A stretch of 64,000 nt of DNA. Source: Myxococcales bacterium. GTDB lineage: Bacteria > Myxococcota_A > Polyangia > Polyangiales > DASUME01. The translations under genes were made by a program, and so were the position numbers. The stretch covers positions 5,248,001 through 5,312,000 of the forward strand of contig JASGJH010000001.1 in NCBI GenBank assembly GCA_047601445.1, given 5' to 3'. The notes beneath the pieces are model-generated. The model searched no databases and was not told the DNA's origin. It saw only the letters and a program-made list of their open reading frames with translations. Every line of letters starts with the position of its first letter. Position 1 is the stretch's first letter. Of the stretch, positions 32,524-41,775 are shown one piece after another.

Positions 32524-34762
32524 AATACTTACTTCCACACGGCATGATGGTCTCGTCCCAGGCGGGAAGGCTCTCGCCACTCTTGACGCCAAGGTCGTCC
32601 AGCTTGCGATCCGAGTGAGCGACGCTGTAGCGATTCCAGTAGCCCTGCCTCGGCGGCTTGCCAGTGACGAACTCGTCGATCTCGATGTGATACGCCGCGA
32701 GCGAGAAGACCACGTTCACAGCTCCCCCGGGGAAGCGCCCCGCGGGCACCACGGCGCAGCCTGCAGGCTTGTCCTCGATGAACGTGTAGACGCGATCGGT
32801 GGATGCGTACACGTCGAACTTCACCAGTCGATCCATGCCCACGTACTCACCCATCACAGGCGTCGGCAGCCACGGCGAATCCCAGCCCGTATCGCCAGTG
32901 CCGACGTGGTAGCCGTAGATGTTCGCCATCGGGCACTGTGCACTCACGCCCCAACCGCGCTGATCGCAGAACTGCACCTGCAGCTCGGGCTGCCCGAAGA
33001 AGGTCTGAACGACCAGCGTGTGGTACTTGCCGCTGTTCGTGCCATCGAGCGGCCCGAGGCGCGTCATCATGGGCACCTGATACGAGATGTCTCGCCCCGG
33101 ATCACCGATCGGCGTGTCCGTGATCAGAATCTGCGGATAGCGCCGTGAGGTCGAGGGCAAGTCCACCGACATCGTCACGTGAAGATACTTGTCGCTCGCC
33201 AGTTGCGCGTTGGCCCCAAGGGCCGTCACCGAGTACGTCGACGCAGAACCCATCGCGAGCTGCCCGAGCAGCGGTCCGAAGCTGTAGTTCGCATTCGCCG
33301 CCTGGAACTCGAAGGACATCGTGTCGTTGTGATAGACGCGCGTGCCGTTTTGATCCTCGACGAGCGTCTGAACGTTACCCAAGTCGGTGCCCGGATCGAA
33401 GCTCTGGAACCAGTCCATCACCGGCTTTGGCTCGGGCTTCACGCTCACGTAGCCGCGCGCGATGGGCTTGGGACGATTGCTGGGTTCGTACTGACCATTG
33501 ACGAACACTTCGCCCGAGCTCAGCCGAGCCTGGTCGAGCGTGATCGTCGGCTGGCTCATGACGCCACCGAGATCCGCCGCAGGTGCCGCCTTGGCGCCGA
33601 TGTAGCCACCGGGGAAAGGACAGCCGTTATCGAGCGCTTCGATCACCAGGGTGGTCTCGCCAGTGAGGCCCGGCCACGTCAGCGACGTAACGGGCATGTT
33701 GCCCTGGTAGAGCACACGCTCGCGGTAAGCATCGCCGGGCGCGAGCACGTCGTGCTCGTTGTTGTAGCCGTAGAAGATTCGATAGAGCGGGACCGTGTCT
33801 TGGCCTGCCGCAGCGAGCACCTTGAAGCGCTCCATGCCTCCGCCCTGACCGTCGCGCGCCTGCTTCTCCGCGCCATCGGTGTACAGCACCGAGAGTCCGG
33901 ACTTCGTGTCTTCGTGACGATAGACGGGCTTGGTCGCCGAAGTGGACGTGTAGAACGCGATGCCATCGTCACGCCAGCCTTGCTTGAGCAGTGCGTCACG
34001 AGCGTCGGTGGTCGTCACGTAGTCGGCGCCGTTGAACTCCTTGGCCGGAGGCGCGTTGTACTCCCATGCATAGCCGCCCACCCAGTTCGGATTGGCAACG
34101 CGATACACCGGCGTACGGCCCGCACCGGGGGTCAGGTACACGTGACCCAGGATGGAGTCCGCCTCTTGGCGGTTGAAGCCCCCGGCGCCCCCGGAGACGG
34201 AAGCAGCGAAGAAGGCCTTGAGCTGATCCATGCTGCGGTCGTCACGCGGCAGCGCGCCCGCACAGCGATAGATGGCGTTCTTGACGGCGACCTCGCCATT
34301 GTCACCCACCAACACGTCGGCATCGGCAGGCAGCGGATAGATGCGGTAGTCCTTGGCGCCCTTCACCGGCGCGAACTCGATCCTCGCCGTGTCGCCACGA
34401 ACGACCGGCGTGAGGTTGTCGAACTTGGGCAGAGCAGGCAGCGCGCCCGAGCCCAAGCACGCACCCGCGAGGCACGTCTTGCTGCCATCGGCACCGCACA
34501 TCTTGGTTTCGCAGTCGGGATCGAGGCAGTCCTTGAAGCCGTCGCAATCGTCGTCGACGCCATCCGAGCAGCTCGTCTCAGTCTCGCCCTTGGCGACACA
34601 CGCGGGGCCCGACATGCCGCCGCCATCCGCGTTGTTGTGGTGGCCGCCGTCGATGACGTCGCCTTCCATGCCGTCGTGCTTCGGGCCGGATTCATCGGAG
34701 TCACATGCGACAGCAAAAGCGCCGAATGCGCATGCTGCGAGGAGGTATGTATTGCGCTTCAC
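32501..34762 (-). CDS. Large hypothetical lipoprotein (Cys/Asp motif, repeat domain, unknown C-terminal domain)
   Basis: Lipobox AVAC; ETSCSDGVDDDCDGFKDCLDPDC; three P(V/L)YR repeats with GWRDDGIAFY (DUF5648-like by recall); overlaps the peroxidase start by 23 nt. Confidence 0.75.
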   Translation of the reverse strand: MKRNTYLLAACAFGAFAVACDSDESGPKHDGMEGDVIDGGHHNNADGGGMSGPACVAKGETETSCSDGVDDDCDGFKDCLDPDCETKMCGADGSKTCLAGACLGSGALPALPKFDNLTPVVRGDTARIEFAPVKGAKDYRIYPLPADADVLVGDNGEVAVKNAIYRCAGALPRDDRSMDQLKAFFAASVSGGAGGFNRQEADSILGHVYLTPGAGRTPVYRVANPNWVGGYAWEYNAPPAKEFNGADYVTTTDARDALLKQGWRDDGIAFYTSTSATKPVYRHEDTKSGLSVLYTDGAEKQARDGQGGGMERFKVLAAAGQDTVPLYRIFYGYNNEHDVLAPGDAYRERVLYQGNMPVTSLTWPGLTGETTLVIEALDNGCPFPGGYIGAKAAPAADLGGVMSQPTITLDQARLSSGEVFVNGQYEPSNRPKPIARGYVSVKPEPKPVMDWFQSFDPGTDLGNVQTLVEDQNGTRVYHNDTMSFEFQAANANYSFGPLLGQLAMGSASTYSVTALGANAQLASDKYLHVTMSVDLPSTSRRYPQILITDTPIGDPGRDISYQVPMMTRLGPLDGTNSGKYHTLVVQTFFGQPELQVQFCDQRGWGVSAQCPMANIYGYHVGTGDTGWDSPWLPTPVMGEYVGMDRLVKFDVYASTDRVYTFIEDKPAGCAVVPAGRFPGGAVNVVFSLAAYHIEIDEFVTGKPPRQGYWNRYSVAHSDRKLDDLGVKSGESLPAWDETIMPCGSKYYGALLTK

Positions 34763-35120
34763 CGAGCCAGGCTACAGGGCCTTGCAGCTCGAATCAATAC
34801 TTTGGGCCGCGATGCAAGCATGCGTGACTCACTGTCAATCAATCGATTTCAAGTGCTTCGCTTCGAAACAACGAAGCGCCGTTTCCTTCATGAAAATGAG
34901 GAAATTCTCCTCGAATGACGTTGAAACAATCACCCGATCTGCACCTGCAGCGCAATTGCAGTAAGAGAAGGTGCGACTCCTCATTACGCAGCGCATGCTC
35001 GCATCGCATGGTCAAAATGCAGGCGTCAGCGAAAGTCTGCGGATGTACGACGTCGCGCTGGTCGCTTTTTTTGGAGCCGTGCGGCGTGCGGCGCGCGGGA
35101 GTCGCCGCGCGCGCCCGGAG

Positions 35121-36389
35121 CTACGCCGCGCTGCGGGCTTCGGAGAGAAACCGCACGCCGCGACGACGCAGCAACGTGTCGATGCCAAAGGCGGCGAGCA
35201 TCGTCAGGCACGGCAGGATCGGCACCGAGTAGCGTCCGAGCGGGATCAAGCAAGCCACGAACAGGTTCATCACGACGATGGGCAGCCAGATCAGCCACGC
35301 GCGGCGCTGCTCCTCACGCGCGCGCTTGAACCCCATGAACGCGAGCACCCAGCCCACGAGCGCCAGCACCGCAGGCACCAGCGAGTTGCGCAAGCTGGTC
35401 ATCTCGTACCAGAAGGTGAACACACCCATGACGCACTTGCGCACCAGCTCGAGCGGCTGCTCCATGATCAAGCGCTTGGCGTAGGCCTTGTTGTTCACGT
35501 CGTCCTGGATCTCATCGAGCTCCCAGGTCGTGCCCGCTTCCTCGGCGATGCGCTTGAAGAGCGCGTTGGACTCGTTCTCGGCGTCCGTGTAGGGCGGCTT
35601 CTGCAGCGTGGCGAACTCGAGCCGCGTGAAGATGTAGCCGCGCAGGAAGGCGTCCGGACTGCCCGGCGTGAGCAGCACGAACTTGCCCTGGCTCACGACG
35701 TAGTTGCGATAGGTCCAGGGGGCCACGATGGCGATCATGGTCAGCCCGATGGCAAAGACCCCGGCCGTGGCCTGGCGCGCCAGCACTCCGCCGCGCCGCA
35801 GCCCCCGCACGAACCAGACCGCTGCATACACCACGACCACCGGCAGCATCACGCCCTTGGCGAGGCTCGCCACCATCCCGACCGCGCCGAGCATCACGCC
35901 CCGCTTGATGGAGGGCTCCTCGTCGAAGCGGATGGCGCACCAGATGGTCAGCAGACACAGGAAGATCAGCAACGTCTCCGTGTGCAGCTCGCCGATGTAG
36001 CGGAGAAGCATCGGGTGCAGCGCGACGCCTACGCCGGCGATCAAGGCCGTGCGAGTGTTGTAGATGCGTTCGGCGATGCGGAAGGTGAGCACACAAGAGC
36101 CGACGTGCATGACCACGTGCAGCAACAGCATGGTGGCGTCGCCCAGACCGATCTCGTAGAGCCCCCACAGCATGTGCGGGTAGAGCATGGCCGCGCGGCG
36201 CGTGACCTTGTCGAACCCGTGCTCGGCGAGACCGTGAGCGATGGACCCGTAGGAGTATGGGTCACCCACTGGATCTTGGCGCAGACCGAGGAGCACCAGG
36301 ACGAGAGCAGCCACGAATGCGACGGCTGCGACGATCCAAAGTTCCCGGGGACGCAGCTTGGTTTGCGTGGCTTCGATGCTGGCTTCCAT
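35121..36389 (-). CDS. GT-C glycosyltransferase (GT39/ArnT/PMT-like)
   Basis: D-x-x-x-Y after TM1, MLYP, LHTETL, APWTYRNY and GRYSVP motifs; multi-TM. Confidence 0.78.
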   Translation of the reverse strand: MEASIEATQTKLRPRELWIVAAVAFVAALVLVLLGLRQDPVGDPYSYGSIAHGLAEHGFDKVTRRAAMLYPHMLWGLYEIGLGDATMLLLHVVMHVGSCVLTFRIAERIYNTRTALIAGVGVALHPMLLRYIGELHTETLLIFLCLLTIWCAIRFDEEPSIKRGVMLGAVGMVASLAKGVMLPVVVVYAAVWFVRGLRRGGVLARQATAGVFAIGLTMIAIVAPWTYRNYVVSQGKFVLLTPGSPDAFLRGYIFTRLEFATLQKPPYTDAENESNALFKRIAEEAGTTWELDEIQDDVNNKAYAKRLIMEQPLELVRKCVMGVFTFWYEMTSLRNSLVPAVLALVGWVLAFMGFKRAREEQRRAWLIWLPIVVMNLFVACLIPLGRYSVPILPCLTMLAAFGIDTLLRRRGVRFLSEARSAA

Positions 36390-36459
36390 TCCGAGGTCCG
36401 TGTTCCCTTCGACGAGAAAATATGTACAACGGCCTCGGCGGCAACCTCGAGCGCGCCCG

Positions 36460-37482
36460 TCAGGGCACGGCGGATGCGGCGGGCTGGGCGACCGTGTCTG
36501 CGATGGTCGGAGCGGTGGGCGCGAAGATCTTGCCGAGCACCGGGATGTCCACGAGCATCAACACCGCGATCAGCGCGCTGCAGGAGATGACCGCCGTCAT
36601 CAGCGTGGGCTCCTTGTACAAGCCCTCGGGCCGCTGCACGGCGCTGTTGGGCTTGAACGAGAGGAACAGGTAGATGGCCATCACCAGGGCCACCAGCGGG
36701 AACGCCAGGATGAGCTCGAGGCGATAGCGCATCACGAAGGCGCCCAAGAAGAGCATCGCCGCGGAGCCGTAGAACATCACGGAGACCAGCAGGCGCTCCT
36801 CCGTGTAGTACGCGAACGACTTACGGTAGGCAGCGGCGCGCGCCGGATCACCAAGGTCGCGGTACTCGGCGAAGCGCTTCATGGCCATGAAGTAACAGCC
36901 GACCATCCAGTAGCTGAGCAGCAAGGAGGCGGGCGCCACGGAGTCGGTACCCACGATGAACCAGCCGGCGAGCATGCGCAGCGGGTTGTTCACGGCCTCG
37001 GAGAGCACGTCGAGGTAGGGCACGTCTTTGCTGCGGACGGGCGGGATGTTGTAGATGCAGCCCATGATCCACAGCACGAGCACCGTGAGGGCGAAGGCCG
37101 TGTTGATCATGTAACCGATGCCCACGCCGATCACCATCAGGGCGATCCACTGCACGTAGGCCAGCGGGATGCTGACCTTGCCCGAGGGCACGGGACGCCG
37201 GCACTTCACCGGATGCGCGAGATCGGAAGGCGCGTCGAGCACCTCGTTGATGACGTAGTTGCTCGAGGCGACCAGGCACACCGAGATCAACCCGAGCACC
37301 ATGCGAATCCAGATGTTCGAAGGGATGTGCTGCGGATCGACGCTGATGGCGGCGATGATGCCGGGGAACACGAAGACGTTCTTAAACCAGTGGTCGATGC
37401 GCGCGATCGCGATGTGACCCATCAGGGTCGGGCGGCGCACAGCGGGAGCAGTCGCACTCAGCTCAAGGTCAGATTCGTTCAT
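36460..37482 (-). CDS. UbiA-family prenyltransferase, polyprenyl-phosphate phosphoribosyltransferase-like
   Basis: RIDHWFKN, YVINEVLDAPSDLAHPVKCRRPVPSG and KRFAEYR motifs, typical of the DPPR-synthase branch. Confidence 0.8.
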   Translation of the reverse strand: MNESDLELSATAPAVRRPTLMGHIAIARIDHWFKNVFVFPGIIAAISVDPQHIPSNIWIRMVLGLISVCLVASSNYVINEVLDAPSDLAHPVKCRRPVPSGKVSIPLAYVQWIALMVIGVGIGYMINTAFALTVLVLWIMGCIYNIPPVRSKDVPYLDVLSEAVNNPLRMLAGWFIVGTDSVAPASLLLSYWMVGCYFMAMKRFAEYRDLGDPARAAAYRKSFAYYTEERLLVSVMFYGSAAMLFLGAFVMRYRLELILAFPLVALVMAIYLFLSFKPNSAVQRPEGLYKEPTLMTAVISCSALIAVLMLVDIPVLGKIFAPTAPTIADTVAQPAASAVP

Positions 37483-37766
37483 TGGGATAGCGCTCTCTCG
37501 ACTCTCGCGGGTGAGTGTTTGACGGGGCTTTTTTTACGACGCTCTGCCGTCCAAATCTGGTGGTCTGCCAAGGGCGAGTCAAGCATTCCATTCTTCCCGC
37601 CGGCGCTCCATTTTCGCGCCATCTGGGGAGTTTCGGCCAGAGAAGCATCGATGTTTCACAAGGGTAAACCGACGCACCGCGACAGCCACGCTCCCCAACA
37701 CGGGCCACAGGTTGTCCATAGTACCAAAAACTCTGGCGATCCCTTCCCTGGGAACGCAAGGGAGAC

Positions 37767-38978
37767 TCAGGCCAACAGCTTCGTGTAGAGTTCCCCGGCT
37801 TCGCGCGCCATGCGCTCGGCACCGAAGCGCGCCTCGACCTGGCGTCTGCCGAACTCGCCCATGCGCATGCGCAACTCGCGATCCTGGAGCAAGGTCAGCA
37901 AGTTGGCCGCCAGCGCGTCGATGTCTTTGGGCGCCGAGAGCAACCCGCTCTTGCCGTGTTCGACCACCTCGGGGGTGCCGCCATTGGTCAGGGCCACCAC
38001 GGGCCTCTTCATGGCCAGCGCCTCCGCGAAAACCAGGCCGAAAGGCTCCTCGAAGCTGGGCAAAGCGAACACGTCGCTGGCCGACAGCAGGGCGGGCACG
38101 TCCGAGCGCTGCCCCGCGAAGATCACGTTGTCGGCGACCCCCAGCTCCCGTGCCAAGGCGAGTAGCTCGCGCGACGCACCGCTGCCCTCGGGGAAGTCCG
38201 ACCCCACGATGGCAAGTCGGACCTCGGGAAACGCGCGCTTGACCTGCGGCAGCGCCTTGATGAGCTCGGCTTGGCCCTTGGAGCTGTAGATTCGAGCGAC
38301 GCTCACGATGAGCGGAGCCTCGGCCGACACCCCGAGCGACGCGCGCCCGGCCGCCGGGCTCAGGTTGGGATCCCAACGTGGCAAATCGATGGCGTTGAGT
38401 AGCGCGTGGACGCGCTCCGGACGGTGTCCACCCTCCACCAAGGAGTCCGCCACGAAGCGCGAGACGCCTACCACGGCGTCGGCGTGGCGCAGCGCCCACT
38501 GCACGCCACGGCTCATCCAGGTGTCGAACTTCACGTGCACGTGGATGACCGATTTGGCGCCCGTGAGGGAGCCGAGCGCGGCGCAGGCGATGGCGTCGCG
38601 CGGTCGATCCGTGGAGTGGAGGACCTGGATGCGATGCTCGCGGATGTACTGCACGAGTCCGGCCATGCTGGCGGCGGCAGGCAGCATGCTGGCCGCGCTC
38701 TTGAGCTTCTGCGCGCGGTTCTGGCCAGACAGCGAAGGGCCGAAGTCCGTGGGCCTCAGCGCGACCTCGGACATGGCCTGGAGCGCGTCGAAGGGAGGCG
38801 CCGAGGTGCTCGGTGAGGGCGGCGGCTGACCCGCGGCGTGGAGCTCGAAATCCGCGCGCGAGAGGTGACGCAGCAACAGCAGATGAACGAACGTGTCGGC
38901 ACCGATGCTGAGAGGCGAGTTGATGAACAGGACCCGAGCTCTATCTTGGCGCGACCGCGACACGACGCGAGGGAGCAT
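37767..38978 (-). CDS. GT4 glycosyltransferase
   Basis: VARIYSSKGQ, DVFALPSFEEPFGLVFAEALAMKRPVV motifs. Confidence 0.92.
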   Translation of the reverse strand: MLPRVVSRSRQDRARVLFINSPLSIGADTFVHLLLLRHLSRADFELHAAGQPPPSPSTSAPPFDALQAMSEVALRPTDFGPSLSGQNRAQKLKSAASMLPAAASMAGLVQYIREHRIQVLHSTDRPRDAIACAALGSLTGAKSVIHVHVKFDTWMSRGVQWALRHADAVVGVSRFVADSLVEGGHRPERVHALLNAIDLPRWDPNLSPAAGRASLGVSAEAPLIVSVARIYSSKGQAELIKALPQVKRAFPEVRLAIVGSDFPEGSGASRELLALARELGVADNVIFAGQRSDVPALLSASDVFALPSFEEPFGLVFAEALAMKRPVVALTNGGTPEVVEHGKSGLLSAPKDIDALAANLLTLLQDRELRMRMGEFGRRQVEARFGAERMAREAGELYTKLLA

Positions 38979-39061
38979 ACATTGACTCGTCTTGTGTGGC
39001 CATGAATGATAGGGCGGTGAGCTTGAGCACTTCCCCAGCGCGCTCGCAAGGGCCATCGAAA

Positions 39062-40006
39062 ATGCAAGTAAGGCAGTTTGGTAGCACCGACCTGAGGGTC
39101 TCGGAGCTGGGGCTCGGTTGCGCTCGCATCGGCGGCATCTTTCAGAATGATCCGGCCGCCTTCGTGAACCTGCTGTCGGCTGCGCGGGACCAAGGCATCA
39201 ATTTCTTCGACACGGCCGACATGTACAGTCAGGGCGAGAGCGAGACCTTGCTCGGACGCGCCTTCCGCAAGCGGCGTGACCAGGTGATCATCGCGAGCAA
39301 GGCAGGGTACTGCCTACCCACGCAGCGTCAGTTCATCGCGCGTATCAAGCCCTTCGTGCGACCCCTGATCAAGCTGCTCAAGATCAAGCGCGAGAACCTG
39401 CCTAGTTCGGTCAAGGGCGAGCTCGCCCAGGATTTCTCGCCCGCCTATCTGCGCCGCGCCGTCGAGGGCAGTCTGCGCCGCCTACGCACGGATTACCTGG
39501 ATTTGCTGCAGCTCCACAGCCCACCTGCCGAGATCGTGCAGCGCGGGGAGTGGCTCGAGGCCCTAGAATCCCTGAAGCGGAGCGGCAAGGTTCGCTACTA
39601 CGGCATCTCCTGTGACACGGTCGAAGCCGCCCAGGCCGCGCTGGCGTTCAGCGGCGTATCCTCGCTCCAAATCGTCGTGAGCCTGCTGGAACGCTCCTTC
39701 GCGGAGGCCGTGGGGACGCGCGCCCAACAGCAGGGCGTGGGCATTATCGCCCGCGAGTGCCTGGCCAACGGATTGCTCGTGAAGTCGGCCCAGGAGGCCA
39801 AGCTGGAAGGTTACTGGCCGCCCGAAAAGGAGGTCGACAAGAAGCGCGAGCTCACCTCGTACCGGGAGGCCGCCGCCTCCAAGGGCATCCCGCTCTCCCG
39901 CCTGGCCCTGGACTACGCCACCGGAGTGAACGGTGTTTCCGTGGCTCTCATCGGGGTCCGCACGCTGGATCAGCTGACCCACACGCTGCGTGAGTTCAGG
40001 GGCTGA
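39062..40006 (+). CDS. Aldo/keto reductase
   Basis: VSELGLGC, FFDTADMY, SKAG, SLRRLRTDYLDLLQLH, GKVRYYGIS motifs. Confidence 0.92.
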   Translation: MQVRQFGSTDLRVSELGLGCARIGGIFQNDPAAFVNLLSAARDQGINFFDTADMYSQGESETLLGRAFRKRRDQVIIASKAGYCLPTQRQFIARIKPFVRPLIKLLKIKRENLPSSVKGELAQDFSPAYLRRAVEGSLRRLRTDYLDLLQLHSPPAEIVQRGEWLEALESLKRSGKVRYYGISCDTVEAAQAALAFSGVSSLQIVVSLLERSFAEAVGTRAQQQGVGIIARECLANGLLVKSAQEAKLEGYWPPEKEVDKKRELTSYREAAASKGIPLSRLALDYATGVNGVSVALIGVRTLDQLTHTLREFRG

Positions 40007-40017
40007 GCTGGTTTCAT

Positions 40018-40040
40018 GGGGAGGTCACGCGACCTTCTCG
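40018..40040 (-). repeat. Isolated terminal hairpin of the REP-like element
   Basis: GGGGAGGTC-acgc-GACCTTCTC just after the AKR stop. Confidence 0.55.
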
Positions 40041-40262
40041 CCCGGCGCTCCTAGGGGCGGGTCGGGATGTGTGAGACAGCTCCTCGAACCCTCACGCAAA
40101 GTTGGTCCGAACCTAAGCCCCAAGCTACGCTGAGAGGGCTACGGGCCGGTAGAATGCCGCCTGCGCTGCAATTCGAATGACGTTCACGCCTGCCGATCGG
40201 TGCCATCATCCCGGATTCAACGGGGTTAGGGGACCTCACGGGCTGGGAAGAGGAAACCCGGA

Positions 40263-41189
40263 ATGACCGCGACAGACTCCGAGGTACTGGCGCGCATGCG
40301 ACTCGTTCAGGGTCGCTCGGCCGCGCAGACTCGCGAGTTCACGCGGTCGCGGGGACAGACTCAGCTGCTCACCGTGGGCACCGACACGGAGTGTGACTGG
40401 TGCGTCAACGAGGCGGGCGTCGCCCCGGTGCACTTCTCGTTGCACTGGGACGGTGCGAACCTGCGTATCGCCGACACGCACGGCGCGGGCCGAGTGCGCG
40501 TGGACGGATCCTTGCTGGGTCCGGAATGGCGCCGACTTAGCGGGCGCATGCGCATCGATTTCGGCAACGCCACGATCGCGGTCGACGCTCAAGGTCCGAC
40601 CGGCGACGAGCCGGACGCCTGGGCCAATCAAGGACGGCAAACCTATCCGGAAACGCCGGTCGACACCGGGGCGCGCCCGTACGGGCAGGTCTCTTCTCCG
40701 AGCAATCGGCCGGGTTCACGCACCGCGGTCTACGCTTCGGTGTCCCCCTCGGGGTACTCGGACCAGCGCACTGCACCCGGCTACCCGAGCGTTCAAGTCG
40801 CCGGTGTGCGCGTGGCGGGCGCGGAGAGTGCACGCCAGAGCGAGCGGCCCGCGGTCACGCAGCGCTTCGACGAGAGTGTGGTGGCTGAAATCCAGCTCTC
40901 GTCCATCTCGTCTCCGAGCACGGGCCTGGCGGTGCGGGGTCCGGAGCCCGCGGCACGCAACCCGATCGTCGCCGACTCGCCGTTCGTGGAGCAGGCACGC
41001 CGCATCCCAACGGGCGTGGTGGTATTGAGCCCCGTAGCAGGCTCGGCCGAGCCCCCGAACATCAGCGATCGGCCGTCCCTGCCCGTACGTCAGGCTCGGA
41101 CCTTGCCGCCATGGCGCACCGTGGGCTTGAGCCTGCTTGGAGTCGTGGGCGGCTACCTCACCTGGCTCTGGCTGCTCTACCACCTCTGA
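40263..41189 (+). CDS. FHA-like domain protein with disordered linker and C-terminal TM anchor
   Basis: LTVG...CDW...VAPVH...IAD...VRVDG...IDFG FHA-like pattern; C-terminal hydrophobic helix. Confidence 0.6.
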   Translation: MTATDSEVLARMRLVQGRSAAQTREFTRSRGQTQLLTVGTDTECDWCVNEAGVAPVHFSLHWDGANLRIADTHGAGRVRVDGSLLGPEWRRLSGRMRIDFGNATIAVDAQGPTGDEPDAWANQGRQTYPETPVDTGARPYGQVSSPSNRPGSRTAVYASVSPSGYSDQRTAPGYPSVQVAGVRVAGAESARQSERPAVTQRFDESVVAEIQLSSISSPSTGLAVRGPEPAARNPIVADSPFVEQARRIPTGVVVLSPVAGSAEPPNISDRPSLPVRQARTLPPWRTVGLSLLGVVGGYLTWLWLLYHL

Positions 41190-41214
41190 AGGCGAATCGA
41201 GCACGTTTGCGCGG

Positions 41215-41703
41215 CTATTTCTGGGGTAACCGGAAGACGGCCGAGCCGATGAAGTGGGAAGCGCCAATCTGCGCGACGGTCTTCTTGGCGTCCTCGCCCG
41301 ACATCTCCCCGAGGACCACGCACAGCAGCGCGCAATCAGCCGCCTTGGCGAGCGGCAGAGAAACGACGTTCTCGCTGAGCGCGGAGAGCGCGAGCACCAT
41401 CATCTCCTGCTCACGCATGTGCTCGGCCAATCCCTCCGAAAAGGGCACCAGCTGGTCGAGGGTGACACGAGTGCCATCGGCGACATGAATGGGGAGCCCC
41501 ACGTGGACCATGCCCGTGTGCGCGAGCGTCACCGCGATTTGGACGAGAATCTCGGGGGACACCCCGGGGCCCGCAGGGACAAGAGCGATCGAGCGCCAGT
41601 TGCGCTTACTTTCCGTGCGAGTCGCCAGCCAAAGCCGCTGCCAATCCGTGGCCTGCCAGAGGTCGGGCGCTCCAGAGACGGTGATCGCAACGTTGTTGCT
41701 CAT
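41215..41703 (-). CDS. Stand-alone degenerate BY-kinase-like protein (putative pseudokinase)
   Basis: Lies directly downstream of the co-polymerase; WRSIALVPA..VAD..ADCALLCV..FIGSAV resembles the CpsD/Wzc core; no Walker A GKS/T and no Tyr residues. Confidence 0.6.
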   Translation of the reverse strand: MSNNVAITVSGAPDLWQATDWQRLWLATRTESKRNWRSIALVPAGPGVSPEILVQIAVTLAHTGMVHVGLPIHVADGTRVTLDQLVPFSEGLAEHMREQEMMVLALSALSENVVSLPLAKAADCALLCVVLGEMSGEDAKKTVAQIGASHFIGSAVFRLPQK

Positions 41704-41775
41704 GCCATTCGCGTTCGGCCTTTGTAGTTCCGATTTCAAGTTTCTATCACCTTGAGGAAACCGCCGGCTAGCGCC

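Noticed and set aside
34911..40184. Shared 12-mer TCGAATGACGTT in two intergenic regions (34911-34922 and 40173-40184)
   Set aside because: A single 12-mer match is within chance expectation for this amount of sequence, and the flanks are dissimilar
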